Assembly: GCA_040752695.1 (NCBI GenBank)
Contig: JBFMGO010000019.1
Span: forward strand, 1-64,000
Source of the DNA: a bacterium
Lineage (GTDB): Bacteria > SZUA-182 > DTGQ01
Direction: 5' to 3'
DNA: 64,000 nt
Shown: positions 50,001-57,897 of the stretch, in pieces
Position numbering within the stretch: the stretch's first letter is position 1
How the letters are laid out: each line of letters opens with the position of its first letter
Position numbers and translations under genes: made by a program
Notes under the pieces: model-generated
The model's database searches: none
Seen by the model: the letters and a program-made list of their open reading frames with translations, nothing else
What the model was told of the DNA's origin: nothing

Positions 50001-50351
50001 TGCATGGCGAAGGATCATTTCCGCCAGGTAGGGACTGGCAACCAACACCCGGTCAACCTGCACTTCCAAAAGCCAATCCAGGTGCCTGCGCAAGGACCGG
50101 TCCCCGTCCCGCCGGAACTCATAGTTACCGGCAGAAGGAGCCGAGTTGTCATAGATAAAGCGGATTCCCCGGCAATGGCAGTTCGCTATGAAGGAGTCTG
50201 CCTCCTTCTTCTCTACAGGTGTTCGGCGGTATGAGGGAATGCTTCCTCCGACCGGATCACATCCCAGAGCACCTATCAGGCTATCCACCCGAAGACCGTC
50301 GAGCAGATGGAAAATTTCGGTATCCCAGTTACATGGGAGAATCAGGCGCAT
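47037..50351 (-). CDS. Multidomain protein: Cys-less U32-like domain + helical (PCP-reductase/DUF2621-like) domain + 3 SCP2 repeats + second helical domain
   Basis: N-terminus paralogous to 18252 U32 (PCNWD, IRPEDLHLYE) but cluster Cys absent; three HPMQA..K....EGP.F.LI repeats; W......L...IP..FR helical domains; GAGGAG RBS. Confidence 0.82.
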   Translation of the reverse strand: MRLILPCNWDTEIFHLLDGLRVDSLIGALGCDPVGGSIPSYRRTPVEKKEADSFIANCHCRGIRFIYDNSAPSAGNYEFRRDGDRSLRRHLDWLLEVQVDRVLVASPYLAEMILRHAPGIGVIVRGVASLADALLWIERGVDYLVIDPFLNRDLKKLESIRRRVNATLSLELNPLHAWSSANQGYAANAYGQASQSINGQEGFLLDYPLLNTMRQLLSVPETYLRIPLIRPEDLHLYEALGINSFHVLDQSMSTPWIIKTARAYQERKSNDNLLELLPLPLSGSGAVAESGAGSGADTALPFNLMILDRPDHGNGQITTSQEDVRAFPLASLSSKDAAGLAGLDLDSEESAIKLARMVNLLELPSSGKRHKCLQKLTNLMNAFLSGQAFDLDPRYPRQPLVWESGLEEIFLQSIQKKPFFARDLAAGGIRQRAEEYALERGSRMVQLQDFVRAALILTPEPFRCITRNHLAELGISLPEEDQPVPQKGPARPAGPVPAPAAKTTVAVQTAITNPEMIPLRNQEDCERLVSALADRVNKDRQAMGSLPKTRMKINFILEDIDASYSEVMDEGSFQVIMGRAADADIWLTMSGTTWKQLMWGSIHPMQAAQKGLIKPEGPVFKLIKTHRLLTNINRLFPDAAQAAACSPDTASSSPARAGSSSPDRDNGSGNGSGAVPAPPATAGTVTAADKAAAADGDFPVRDTASLEKLVRALKDKINGDENALESLPPGRTTVAYVLSDLGLAYTEIIEDRRYEIEMGHRQDAEVVLRTDSRTWYEIMAGIIHPMQAAQQKRSQPEGPIFKLIRMQRLLNSINRLFPLAVEEAKNNQQTAAQESSQPAAAEDLGKPAADCASVPEAAISDEAMLDELIHRLAGDINDDHEALQALPAERIVVQYLIEDLNTAYAERIGDGRFQVEMGEVADAPVRIRLSSRTWHDLMRGDLHPMQATQKGLMQIEGPVFNLIKLQRFLKYINQFYPRVYAGLRAGLRAGGTSSADGPAEEPQERKEQTMDWHPETKKKLDSIMESVIPEMFRPVALEGIQTGATNSARGRGAQVIEDADLAFAFQGAPRMVQSALYDELGKMGVDVSDYKAKLAQEDEEEDEE

Positions 50352-50400
50352 ACATCCTTCTCCTCTTGTGTTTAAAAAGTTATTTTGTTAAAATAAAAAA

Positions 50401-50580
50401 GGCGCGTTTCTGATACAAAAAGAGCGCTGCCCCTTCAAGGGCGAGAAGAGATCAAAGCTTTGGTCGGTGGCGATCTCTTCTCGCTTTCCTGTTTCTAAGG
50501 GAAAGTGTATTTTTTAGATGCTTCCCTGTGATTCCCCCGTATGAGTGCCCATACCGGGCCGCCATTATAGGGGAATACAG
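50401..50580 (-). promoter_or_regulatory. Structured intergenic leader upstream of the 1104-aa gene
   Basis: Perfect 13-bp stem gcgagaagagatc (50441-50453) / gatctcttctcgc (50472-50484); second stem ctgtgattcccc / ggggaatacag (50526-50580); minus-strand TATAAT near 50564-50569. Confidence 0.45.
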
Positions 50581-50617
50581 GTTGTTTAAAGGATGGGGAA
50601 CATATGAATGGGTCGCA

Positions 50618-51391
50618 TTAGTTTAATATTAACTGAACGATGCGTGCAAATTCATCGAGAGATTCTGCTTTGACAGCTTTCCTCAGAAGTATCTTTAAGA
50701 TTGAGGGATCGTTTATCTCGTTTATGGTTTCTTTCATCGACTCTGGTATAACATCAAAACGAGCCTCAAGACTATCAATGACAACCTCTCGAGCATTTTG
50801 GATGATTCCCTGCTGCACTCCTTCCTGCATTCCCTGCTGCATCCCCTGTTTTCTGCCTTCCTCGATGAGTGAATCAGCAATGGTAGGCATGATCTCACCT
50901 CCTTCATCCGATAAGGCACTCTCTACAGCCTCCTTGATATTTCCATAGGTTACCTGTTCCTTTGGAGCTGCATTGAGAAAGTATCTTATCAGGGTTTCGA
51001 TGAATTCCATTCCTGTTTTTTTCCCGGCCAGGTCCCTCAAAAGACCGATCCTATTTTTTCCCCGGTCAGGTCCCTCAAAAGACCGAATATTTCCGGTAAA
51101 TGCTCCCTCAGATCTTTCCGGAAGATATATTTCAGAGCGAGTAAGGCTGCCCGCAGCATCACTCTGCCCTTTATCTCCTGGTCAGGTACTGTTGAGGCAT
51201 CCCAGATGAGATACTCAAAAGCCGGGATAAAGCAGGACATATCTTCTCCAGTTGGTATATTCCAGGGACTCAAGATCCAACAGGTTCAGGATATCACCCG
51301 GCAGATAGTTTACTAGAAAGTCTTCCGCATTGCTCTTGGTGGAAAAAACGTTTTTAAAAAACTTATCATGGGGATTATTGATCTCATTCAT
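50618..51391 (-). pseudogene. Rpn-family (YhgA-like) recombination-promoting nuclease, internally deleted and frameshifted
   Basis: MNEINNPHDKFFKNVF..L..YLP from ATG 51391 breaks off; nuclease core missing; 38-bp duplication (51012-51048/51050-51086) shifts frame; C-terminal MPTIADSLIEEGRKQGMQQGMQEG. Confidence 0.85.
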
Positions 51392-51487
51392 AAAATAAAT
51401 ATAGCATGTGCTTCACTATCCTGGCAAGGAGGCTTTTTTCTTTCTATGTCTCAATACAACAAACTTGCCTTTTTGTAAGTGCCATTT

Positions 51488-52312
51488 TCACCAGATATCA
51501 TATGTCCCTGCCAGAACCGGCAGCATAACCTGCAAGAACCTGTCCGGTGCTTCGAGGAAGAAGAAGTGGCCCAGGTCTTCCAGAACGGTCAGGCGGCCAT
51601 TCTCCACCCGCTCGACAATCATTTCCCCGAACCGGGGCAGACCTACCTTATCGAGCTCGGCGAAAATGCAAAAGGTCGGCACCTTAATCCTGTCCAGGAG
51701 CGGCAGTAAATCCACCCGCTTGAGGTTATTGAGAGCATGATGGATATGCGGCTCGGTTTCGTGCAGCCAGTTGAGCACGACCTTGTCCCTTACCCTGTCC
51801 ACGGTTTCATCGGAAAGGGTACGGCGTGGTTTCGGAAAAAAGGAGGGAATAAGGTGCTCGACAATCTGAGCCGGGGTCAGGTTCTCCACCTGCGGCTTAA
51901 AATGATGGAGTGACGGGCTGACTCCGCACCCGAAGCAGGCGAGGCGTTTGACATCAGCCGGATAACGGATGGCCAGGTAGAGGGCCAGGCTTCCGCCGAG
52001 TGAATGCCCGGCAACATTGACCGGTGCCAATCCCAACTCATGAATCAGGAAGTCTATATCATCGACAAGGATATCGAAACTGTATTCTCCGGAGGGTTTA
52101 TCCGACCAGCCATGACCACGCAGGTCCATGGTGATCATCGAACACCGGCCAGACAGTGCCTCCCGCACCGGGTCCCAGATGGCCTGCGTGTCCCGCATGC
52201 CATGCAGAAACAGCCAGGATTCTCCGCTGCCGGTGCGGCTGTAGGCCAATCTGATGCCCTGACGGTTGACCCACCCGGTTTCTTCTTTTCGTTTTTCGTT
52301 TTTCATTTCCAT
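51488..52312 (-). CDS. Alpha/beta hydrolase (candidate thioesterase/esterase)
   Basis: FLHG, DLRGHGWS, GHSLGG nucleophile, GHFFFLEAP. Confidence 0.9.
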   Translation of the reverse strand: MEMKNEKRKEETGWVNRQGIRLAYSRTGSGESWLFLHGMRDTQAIWDPVREALSGRCSMITMDLRGHGWSDKPSGEYSFDILVDDIDFLIHELGLAPVNVAGHSLGGSLALYLAIRYPADVKRLACFGCGVSPSLHHFKPQVENLTPAQIVEHLIPSFFPKPRRTLSDETVDRVRDKVVLNWLHETEPHIHHALNNLKRVDLLPLLDRIKVPTFCIFAELDKVGLPRFGEMIVERVENGRLTVLEDLGHFFFLEAPDRFLQVMLPVLAGTYDIW

Positions 52313-52362
52313 CGTACCTTCCGGTGAGTTCTCTATTCATGGATATTCTGACAGGCAGTGAA

Positions 52363-53739
52363 TTACTCATGGATATTCTGATACGCTGTGGCATACTTCA
52401 AGATTTCCTCATCCCATTCACCGAAGTCGCGGGCTAGGCAGACATAGGCCCATTGCGGATGCTTTTTCCGGTATGCGTCGATCAAATTCCACCATCCGTT
52501 CTCGATGTGCGGCGAAACGTAAAAGCGGGGGTGCAAAAGATCGTCGTCTTCGGCAATGATCCTTTCCCGTCGGGCGATGCGCTCAAGTTCGGTATTGGCA
52601 TAGATGCGGATGCCAAGGCTTATCCAGGCACAGTCAGGGTCCATCCCGGCCACCCTGTCCAGGCTCTCTGTGATCGTTTCCAGGGTCTCGTTCGGGCCCC
52701 CTAAAAGCAAAGAGACAATCAGCCGCATCCCGCTCGCCTTGACCATTTCGGCCGCTTCCATGATCTGATCCACGGTAAAGCCCTTGCCAAGTCCTTTAAG
52801 CGTGACGGAAGATGCCGAGTCCATACCGCCAAAGTCGATGGAGTTGCATCCTGAGCGGGCTGCCAAGAGCAGAAAATCCTGTGACAGGTACTCTGGATGC
52901 GGATAGAAGGTGGCATCCCAGCGAATGTCAAGACCGGCCCTTAAAATCTCCTCACAGATGGCGGCGGCATGGTCCAGCGGCAGATTGAACAGGTTATCCA
53001 CGAAACTGAAGTCGGAAATTCCAAGGTTCCGGCGGCAATACTTCATTTCAGCCGCTACCTGGCGGGGGTCCCGAAAGCGCAGGGTTTGCCCTTCCAGATT
53101 CGGATAAACACAGTAGGAGCAGGACATCGGACAGCCTCTCTTCGACTGGATATTGCCCCAGATTCCGGCATTGATGGTTGCATACTGGGCGCAGTGACCG
53201 GCCTGCCGCCAGGGTTTCGGAAAATCAGTCAGATCCGGGACCTTCCAGGGCTCGGCAGGTTTTCCCCGAAGCATGAGGCCCGGAATATCATCATACGGTT
53301 TCCCTTCGGATAATCTGCGAAGCAGCTCTGCCATGGCCATTTCACCATCTCCGATAATGCCGATCTCAAGATCCAGATACTTCAAAAGGGCCTGTGGAGC
53401 CAGAGAGAATCCTGAACCACCGGCAACGATGGGAACCCGAGCATGCTTTTTCAAAAGATGAGCGAATTTTTGATGGGTCCGAGTATAATCGATGTTCAAA
53501 AATTCCGGATAGAGGGTATTGTCCAGATTGCGGATCGACAGGCCGATAACATCCGGCCCGCTTCCATTGGATCTCTGAATAGCCTCGATCACTTTTTGCT
53601 CGGGTTTTGGTTCGAAGCAAAGATCGAGCATGTCTACCCTGTGCCCGAGGCTGCGCAGCCAGCCAGCCAGGGTTGCCATCCCCAGCGGGTAGATGGCAGG
53701 AACCTTTTCAAAATTGGAAGAAACAAGAAGTACTCGCAT
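52363..53739 (-). CDS. Cobalamin-dependent radical SAM enzyme (short, SIRNLD type)
   Basis: YPLGMA, IGLSIRNLDN, GDGE, KRGCPMSCSYCVYP.LEG, LGGPNET. Confidence 0.92.
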   Translation of the reverse strand: MRVLLVSSNFEKVPAIYPLGMATLAGWLRSLGHRVDMLDLCFEPKPEQKVIEAIQRSNGSGPDVIGLSIRNLDNTLYPEFLNIDYTRTHQKFAHLLKKHARVPIVAGGSGFSLAPQALLKYLDLEIGIIGDGEMAMAELLRRLSEGKPYDDIPGLMLRGKPAEPWKVPDLTDFPKPWRQAGHCAQYATINAGIWGNIQSKRGCPMSCSYCVYPNLEGQTLRFRDPRQVAAEMKYCRRNLGISDFSFVDNLFNLPLDHAAAICEEILRAGLDIRWDATFYPHPEYLSQDFLLLAARSGCNSIDFGGMDSASSVTLKGLGKGFTVDQIMEAAEMVKASGMRLIVSLLLGGPNETLETITESLDRVAGMDPDCAWISLGIRIYANTELERIARRERIIAEDDDLLHPRFYVSPHIENGWWNLIDAYRKKHPQWAYVCLARDFGEWDEEILKYATAYQNIHE

Positions 53740-53746
53740 AGCTTCG

Positions 53747-54064
53747 CTATACTATCTGAAGATCAGCTAAAGAGACGCCGAAGGCCTCCAGGCTGTCTAT
53801 AGTCAGGGGTAAAAATTCTTTCGGTGTGCTCTTTAAAAAGCCCCGTGCAACCGCATCCTGCGTAACCTGCTCAAGGTGAGCCTCGCCGGCGATTTTTTCC
53901 GCCGTGCTGATGACGCCATTTTTGGCAAGTTCTTTATATTGAGCAGGAATGACCAAAAGCATGTTGCTCAACAGCTCCTTTGCTTCATTGCTCCAGTCCA
54001 CAATATCCTCCTTTTGTGCCTCTTTCCTCTTCTCCTTCTTCCATGGCCATGGTGTCACTCTCAC
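53747..54064 (-). CDS. Small helical protein (DUF2621/PCP-reductase-like), paralog of domains in the 1104-aa protein
   Basis: WSNEAKELL..ML..IP..YKELA...AE.IA....V...VARGF...TP. Confidence 0.7.
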   Translation of the reverse strand: MRVTPWPWKKEKRKEAQKEDIVDWSNEAKELLSNMLLVIPAQYKELAKNGVISTAEKIAGEAHLEQVTQDAVARGFLKSTPKEFLPLTIDSLEAFGVSLADLQIV

Positions 54065-54467
54065 AGGGGGCTTCCAGTGAGGCGAGAATTTTTTTATATG
54101 CCTGGCACATGAGTCCCAGAACGGAAATGGAACGGTTCATGGCTTCCTGATCGTCCACCCGTGCCACCTCGATCTTTTTCGCTGCCAGGGCAATCATGGG
54201 ATTGGTCTTGCGGGCCAAAATCTCGTGAATCGTATTGGCTGACATCTGAAAGACAAAGTCAGCATCCTCGACTCCCTCACGATCAACCCATATCTTACCG
54301 CTTTCAATCACATACGAGAATTCGACATCGAGATCCGGCAGGATGAATCCCATGATCATGTCACTGCCGGAAAGCTTCGGGCCGTAAGTGCCCTGGCTCA
54401 TGCTGGTGCAGAGCCTGTCCATAATGGACCAGAATTGTTCTTTGGAACCGTTGTAAATACCGCTCAT
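53985..54467 (-). CDS. SCP2 sterol/lipid carrier domain protein
   Basis: DADFVFQMSANTIHEILARKTNPMIALAAKKIEV. Confidence 0.8.
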   Translation of the reverse strand: MSGIYNGSKEQFWSIMDRLCTSMSQGTYGPKLSGSDMIMGFILPDLDVEFSYVIESGKIWVDREGVEDADFVFQMSANTIHEILARKTNPMIALAAKKIEVARVDDQEAMNRSISVLGLMCQAYKKILASLEAPCESDTMAMEEGEEERGTKGGYCGLEQ

Positions 54468-56578
54468 ACAGCTTCTCCTTCATAGATGGGGCAGGAAGCG
54501 GGTTGGCTTTGAAAAATCGACAGTAAGATATCACCGGCAGCCGGTATCCTGCTTTTCAGCTCTTGCAGGGCCGATTGCAGCGCCTGGCCTCTGGCCAGCA
54601 CCAATTCCAGCAACTGGGCGTCGGTGAGATCGATCCTGAAATCGGCTGCCTCCGGCTGACCATTCTTAAGTTCATAGGCCTGACACCGGCCGTTTCTTCT
54701 CAGGTGCAGATAAAGATAGGCAAAAGAGGCGGCGAAAGCCACCTTGATCTGCCGGCCTCTTGCAAGACTCCTCAACTCCTGATCGGAATCGAGCAGCCGG
54801 TTTATCCGCAGCTTGATGGTGCGGCGTTGAAACATGACCCCGCCAAAATCAAAATCAAGATACCGCTGATACTTTTCCGTCCAGGCAAGTAAAGTTATGA
54901 GCTGGTCAAGATCGCCATCGAAATGGACCTCAGGATCTGATACGACATCGAGAAGGTCGCGCTCGCCCGATCCGAAAAGTGCAGACAGGATTCTGTCCGG
55001 AATCCTGAGCGAGCACTCGTAGCCGGGCTTTTGGGGCGTAAACCCGTATGTCCTGCCGTTCTCGATCAAAAGACTAAAGGAAAAGGCGTCATGATGGACC
55101 CGAAGATGAATCGTGAGGTCCCCTGCCTCCTTCTCCAGCACAGGATTCAAGTCAGGTAAAAGGCCGTTAAATATTTCCTGCCACTGCTCCAGGCTCTCTG
55201 GCGGTCCTCCGACGAGGGGGATGAAGGTTTGCACCCAGGAGAATTTATTCAGCATGGTCTGGAACTGCTCACGGGGCTGCAACGAGATGTGATCTTTGAC
55301 CCAACGCTCCCGGTAATAGAAATCGCGGGTGAATCTGGCAATCAGCTTGTCGCATCCAGGCGGATTGACACTAGTGACAATATGATGGCCGTCGTATTTA
55401 TCCCAATCCCGGTGCAGGAGCCATCCCTTCTCTACACATTCGTCGAAGAAGGGACTTCCGGGCAGCGGGGACAGAACCGAAAATCCTGCCGTATCAAGAT
55501 CAAGGTCAATGGCATACTGCCGGGTCTGCCACATCATCTCTTCGGTTTCACCCGGAATGCCGATGATAAAAAAGCCCCACACGGAAATGCCATGATCCTT
55601 CAGCAGCTTGACAGCGGTTTTTGCATCCTCGGGGTTTATCCCTTTGCAGATTTTTTTGAGCGACTCAGGGTGCGGTGATTCAATGCCCATTTCCACAGCC
55701 CTGATTCCTGCTTTGGCCATAAGCTTGACCATTTCCGGATTGCGGGCTACTTCGGTGACGCGAGTGCCGATAATGGGGCTGACCACAGACCCCAGGTCCT
55801 CGGCCATGAACATTTCGAGAAACCTGCCAAACCGCTCTTTTCGCAAAGGCGTAGTATCGGAAAACAAGCCGACGAACCAGGCCCCATGGCGGTCGATCAA
55901 AAGACGGATCTCCTCCATGGTCCGCTCGGGTGATTTTTCACGGAGCTTATGCCCCCAAAAGCGCTTGCCTGTACAAAAGCTGCACGGGTAAGGACACCCG
56001 CGGTTCAGTTCCACCTGATAGAGAATGCGGCTTGCGGAAAAGTGATAAGCTGGCAGACGCATAGTGTCGAGATCGCTGATCAACTCCCGGTCAGGATTAT
56101 CGACCAGCCTCTTGTCATCGTCGAGGTAGCTGACACCCTGAGCGTTTTTGAATTGGAACCCGGAGGTGACCAGATCGCGCAGCGTAATCTCTCCCTCTCC
56201 CCGGACAATGAGATCAATAAGGCCCGACTGCAACAGGTCCAGCCTGCTGAAGGTTGCTCCATGTCCTCCGGCGATAATGGGAACACCAGGTGCCATCGCC
56301 CTGATCGCTGCGGCCATTTTCAGTGCCTTGGAGATCGAAGGTGTGGCCACGACCGACAGGCCGATCAGATCCGGCTGGAATTGGGCGATTTCGGCTAAGA
56401 TCTTTTCCCTGCTCTGCCACAGGCCTTCCAAAATGCGCACTTCAGCCACATCTTCGATATAAGCGGCCAGGCAGACCAGGCCGATTCCGCTGATAAAACC
56501 GGCTTCCATGCGATATTCATCGTCAGATTCGACAACCTGAGCCTCCGGAGGCTCAATGAGCATTACTTTCATATTCAT
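54464..56578 (-). CDS. Cobalamin-dependent radical SAM enzyme with C-terminal SCP2-like extension
   Basis: IGLVCLAA, GGHGAT, RGEGE, NRGCPYPCSFC, GIES, SPLPGS; ADFRIDLTDAQL SCP2-like end; start placed at ATG 56578 after GAAGGA (ORF track extends to 56671). Confidence 0.9.
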   Translation of the reverse strand: MNMKVMLIEPPEAQVVESDDEYRMEAGFISGIGLVCLAAYIEDVAEVRILEGLWQSREKILAEIAQFQPDLIGLSVVATPSISKALKMAAAIRAMAPGVPIIAGGHGATFSRLDLLQSGLIDLIVRGEGEITLRDLVTSGFQFKNAQGVSYLDDDKRLVDNPDRELISDLDTMRLPAYHFSASRILYQVELNRGCPYPCSFCTGKRFWGHKLREKSPERTMEEIRLLIDRHGAWFVGLFSDTTPLRKERFGRFLEMFMAEDLGSVVSPIIGTRVTEVARNPEMVKLMAKAGIRAVEMGIESPHPESLKKICKGINPEDAKTAVKLLKDHGISVWGFFIIGIPGETEEMMWQTRQYAIDLDLDTAGFSVLSPLPGSPFFDECVEKGWLLHRDWDKYDGHHIVTSVNPPGCDKLIARFTRDFYYRERWVKDHISLQPREQFQTMLNKFSWVQTFIPLVGGPPESLEQWQEIFNGLLPDLNPVLEKEAGDLTIHLRVHHDAFSFSLLIENGRTYGFTPQKPGYECSLRIPDRILSALFGSGERDLLDVVSDPEVHFDGDLDQLITLLAWTEKYQRYLDFDFGGVMFQRRTIKLRINRLLDSDQELRSLARGRQIKVAFAASFAYLYLHLRRNGRCQAYELKNGQPEAADFRIDLTDAQLLELVLARGQALQSALQELKSRIPAAGDILLSIFQSQPASCPIYEGEAV

Positions 56579-56622
56579 CTGTCCTTCCAACTGAAAAAGA
56601 GTAGAAATATAAGCGTCTTTTT

Positions 56623-57897
56623 TTACCGTGCCCGAAGCAGATCGACCGGCAGTTGTCTGGCTGTCCGCCATCCTGCATAGAGACTGGTCAGGCTAGTCAC
56701 GGCCACCATGACGCCGATCATAATCACGATATCGAAAGGCTTGAGAATAAGGTGAAGCGAACTGCCGCCCAGTATCCAGGCAGCGACATCACCCAGATTG
56801 AGCCCTGTGCCCCTCAGGGCAAGGAAGACACCCGATCCGATTACCGCACCCAGGCTGGCGGCTATGGCGCCCAGCCAGATCCCCTCCAAAATGAAAAGAG
56901 CGGTAATGTGCATGCTGCGAAGGCCCATGGCCCGCATCGTACCGATCTCCCGCTTTCTTTCCTGGACGGCAAACATCATCGAGTTGGCGATCCCGAACGA
57001 AACCATCAAAAGGATCACGATATTGGCCAGGGCCAGCATCAGACCGTATCCGGTAGCAAAATTGACAAAGATCGATCCCCCTTCCTGAAAGGTGCGAACC
57101 GCAAGACCCTTTTGGCGGATCATCGGCTCTGTTTGCCAGGATCGGGCCACATTGCCGCTTTGCGAAGGATCATCGACATAGCAGAGGATCTCACTGACCT
57201 GCCCGTGGGCCTGCACCAGTTCCTGAGCTGTTCCTAAGGGGACATAGGCCACGCGCTCCACCCAGGGGACGGTCTTTTTATAGACGCCCACGACTTCGAC
57301 ATCCAGGGCATTGAGACTGCCGTCTACGGTCTGGCACAAAAGGGTGAGGGTGGCTCCCTGTTCGATCCCGAGAGTCTCACTGATTGTCGTGCTGATCATG
57401 ATCTCGGGTTTATCCAGGCCGCTTAAGCCTTTCTCTGCCTTGAGGTTCGCGGTCAGGGGAGACTTCTCGAAAGGATCGATGCCGGACACGATCACGCCCA
57501 TGGAACTGAAGCCCGAATTGACCGTGGCCTGAAAGCGCAGGCGGGTGGTGACAGAGGAAATCCCCGGATGAGAGCTTTGCAGCGTGCGCAGCCAGTCACC
57601 GGACACAGGAACCAGATGTTCACGGTCCAGGACCGGCTCCAAAACTTGAGCCTGCTCCGAGGCGGCAGTTTCTCCCTCGACCGCTTTGCGGATGCTGACA
57701 TGGCCGGTGAGAAAAGTGACAATGTTTTGAATCATCTGTACCTTCACGCTATGGCTGAAAACCAGACTGGTCAGTCCCAAAAGAGTGCACAGGCTTAAGG
57801 TCAGCCCGATCAATAGGTTGCGGCGGCGATGGCGAAGGACGTTTCGAAAGGAAAGGTCGATCAGACGACGGGTGAAGCTATTGTGTCCGCTCTTCAT
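56623..57897 (-). CDS. FtsX/LolE-type ABC transporter permease
   Basis: RNVLRHRRR, V.ERKREIGTMRAMG, four TM. Confidence 0.92.
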   Translation of the reverse strand: MKSGHNSFTRRLIDLSFRNVLRHRRRNLLIGLTLSLCTLLGLTSLVFSHSVKVQMIQNIVTFLTGHVSIRKAVEGETAASEQAQVLEPVLDREHLVPVSGDWLRTLQSSHPGISSVTTRLRFQATVNSGFSSMGVIVSGIDPFEKSPLTANLKAEKGLSGLDKPEIMISTTISETLGIEQGATLTLLCQTVDGSLNALDVEVVGVYKKTVPWVERVAYVPLGTAQELVQAHGQVSEILCYVDDPSQSGNVARSWQTEPMIRQKGLAVRTFQEGGSIFVNFATGYGLMLALANIVILLMVSFGIANSMMFAVQERKREIGTMRAMGLRSMHITALFILEGIWLGAIAASLGAVIGSGVFLALRGTGLNLGDVAAWILGGSSLHLILKPFDIVIMIGVMVAVTSLTSLYAGWRTARQLPVDLLRAR

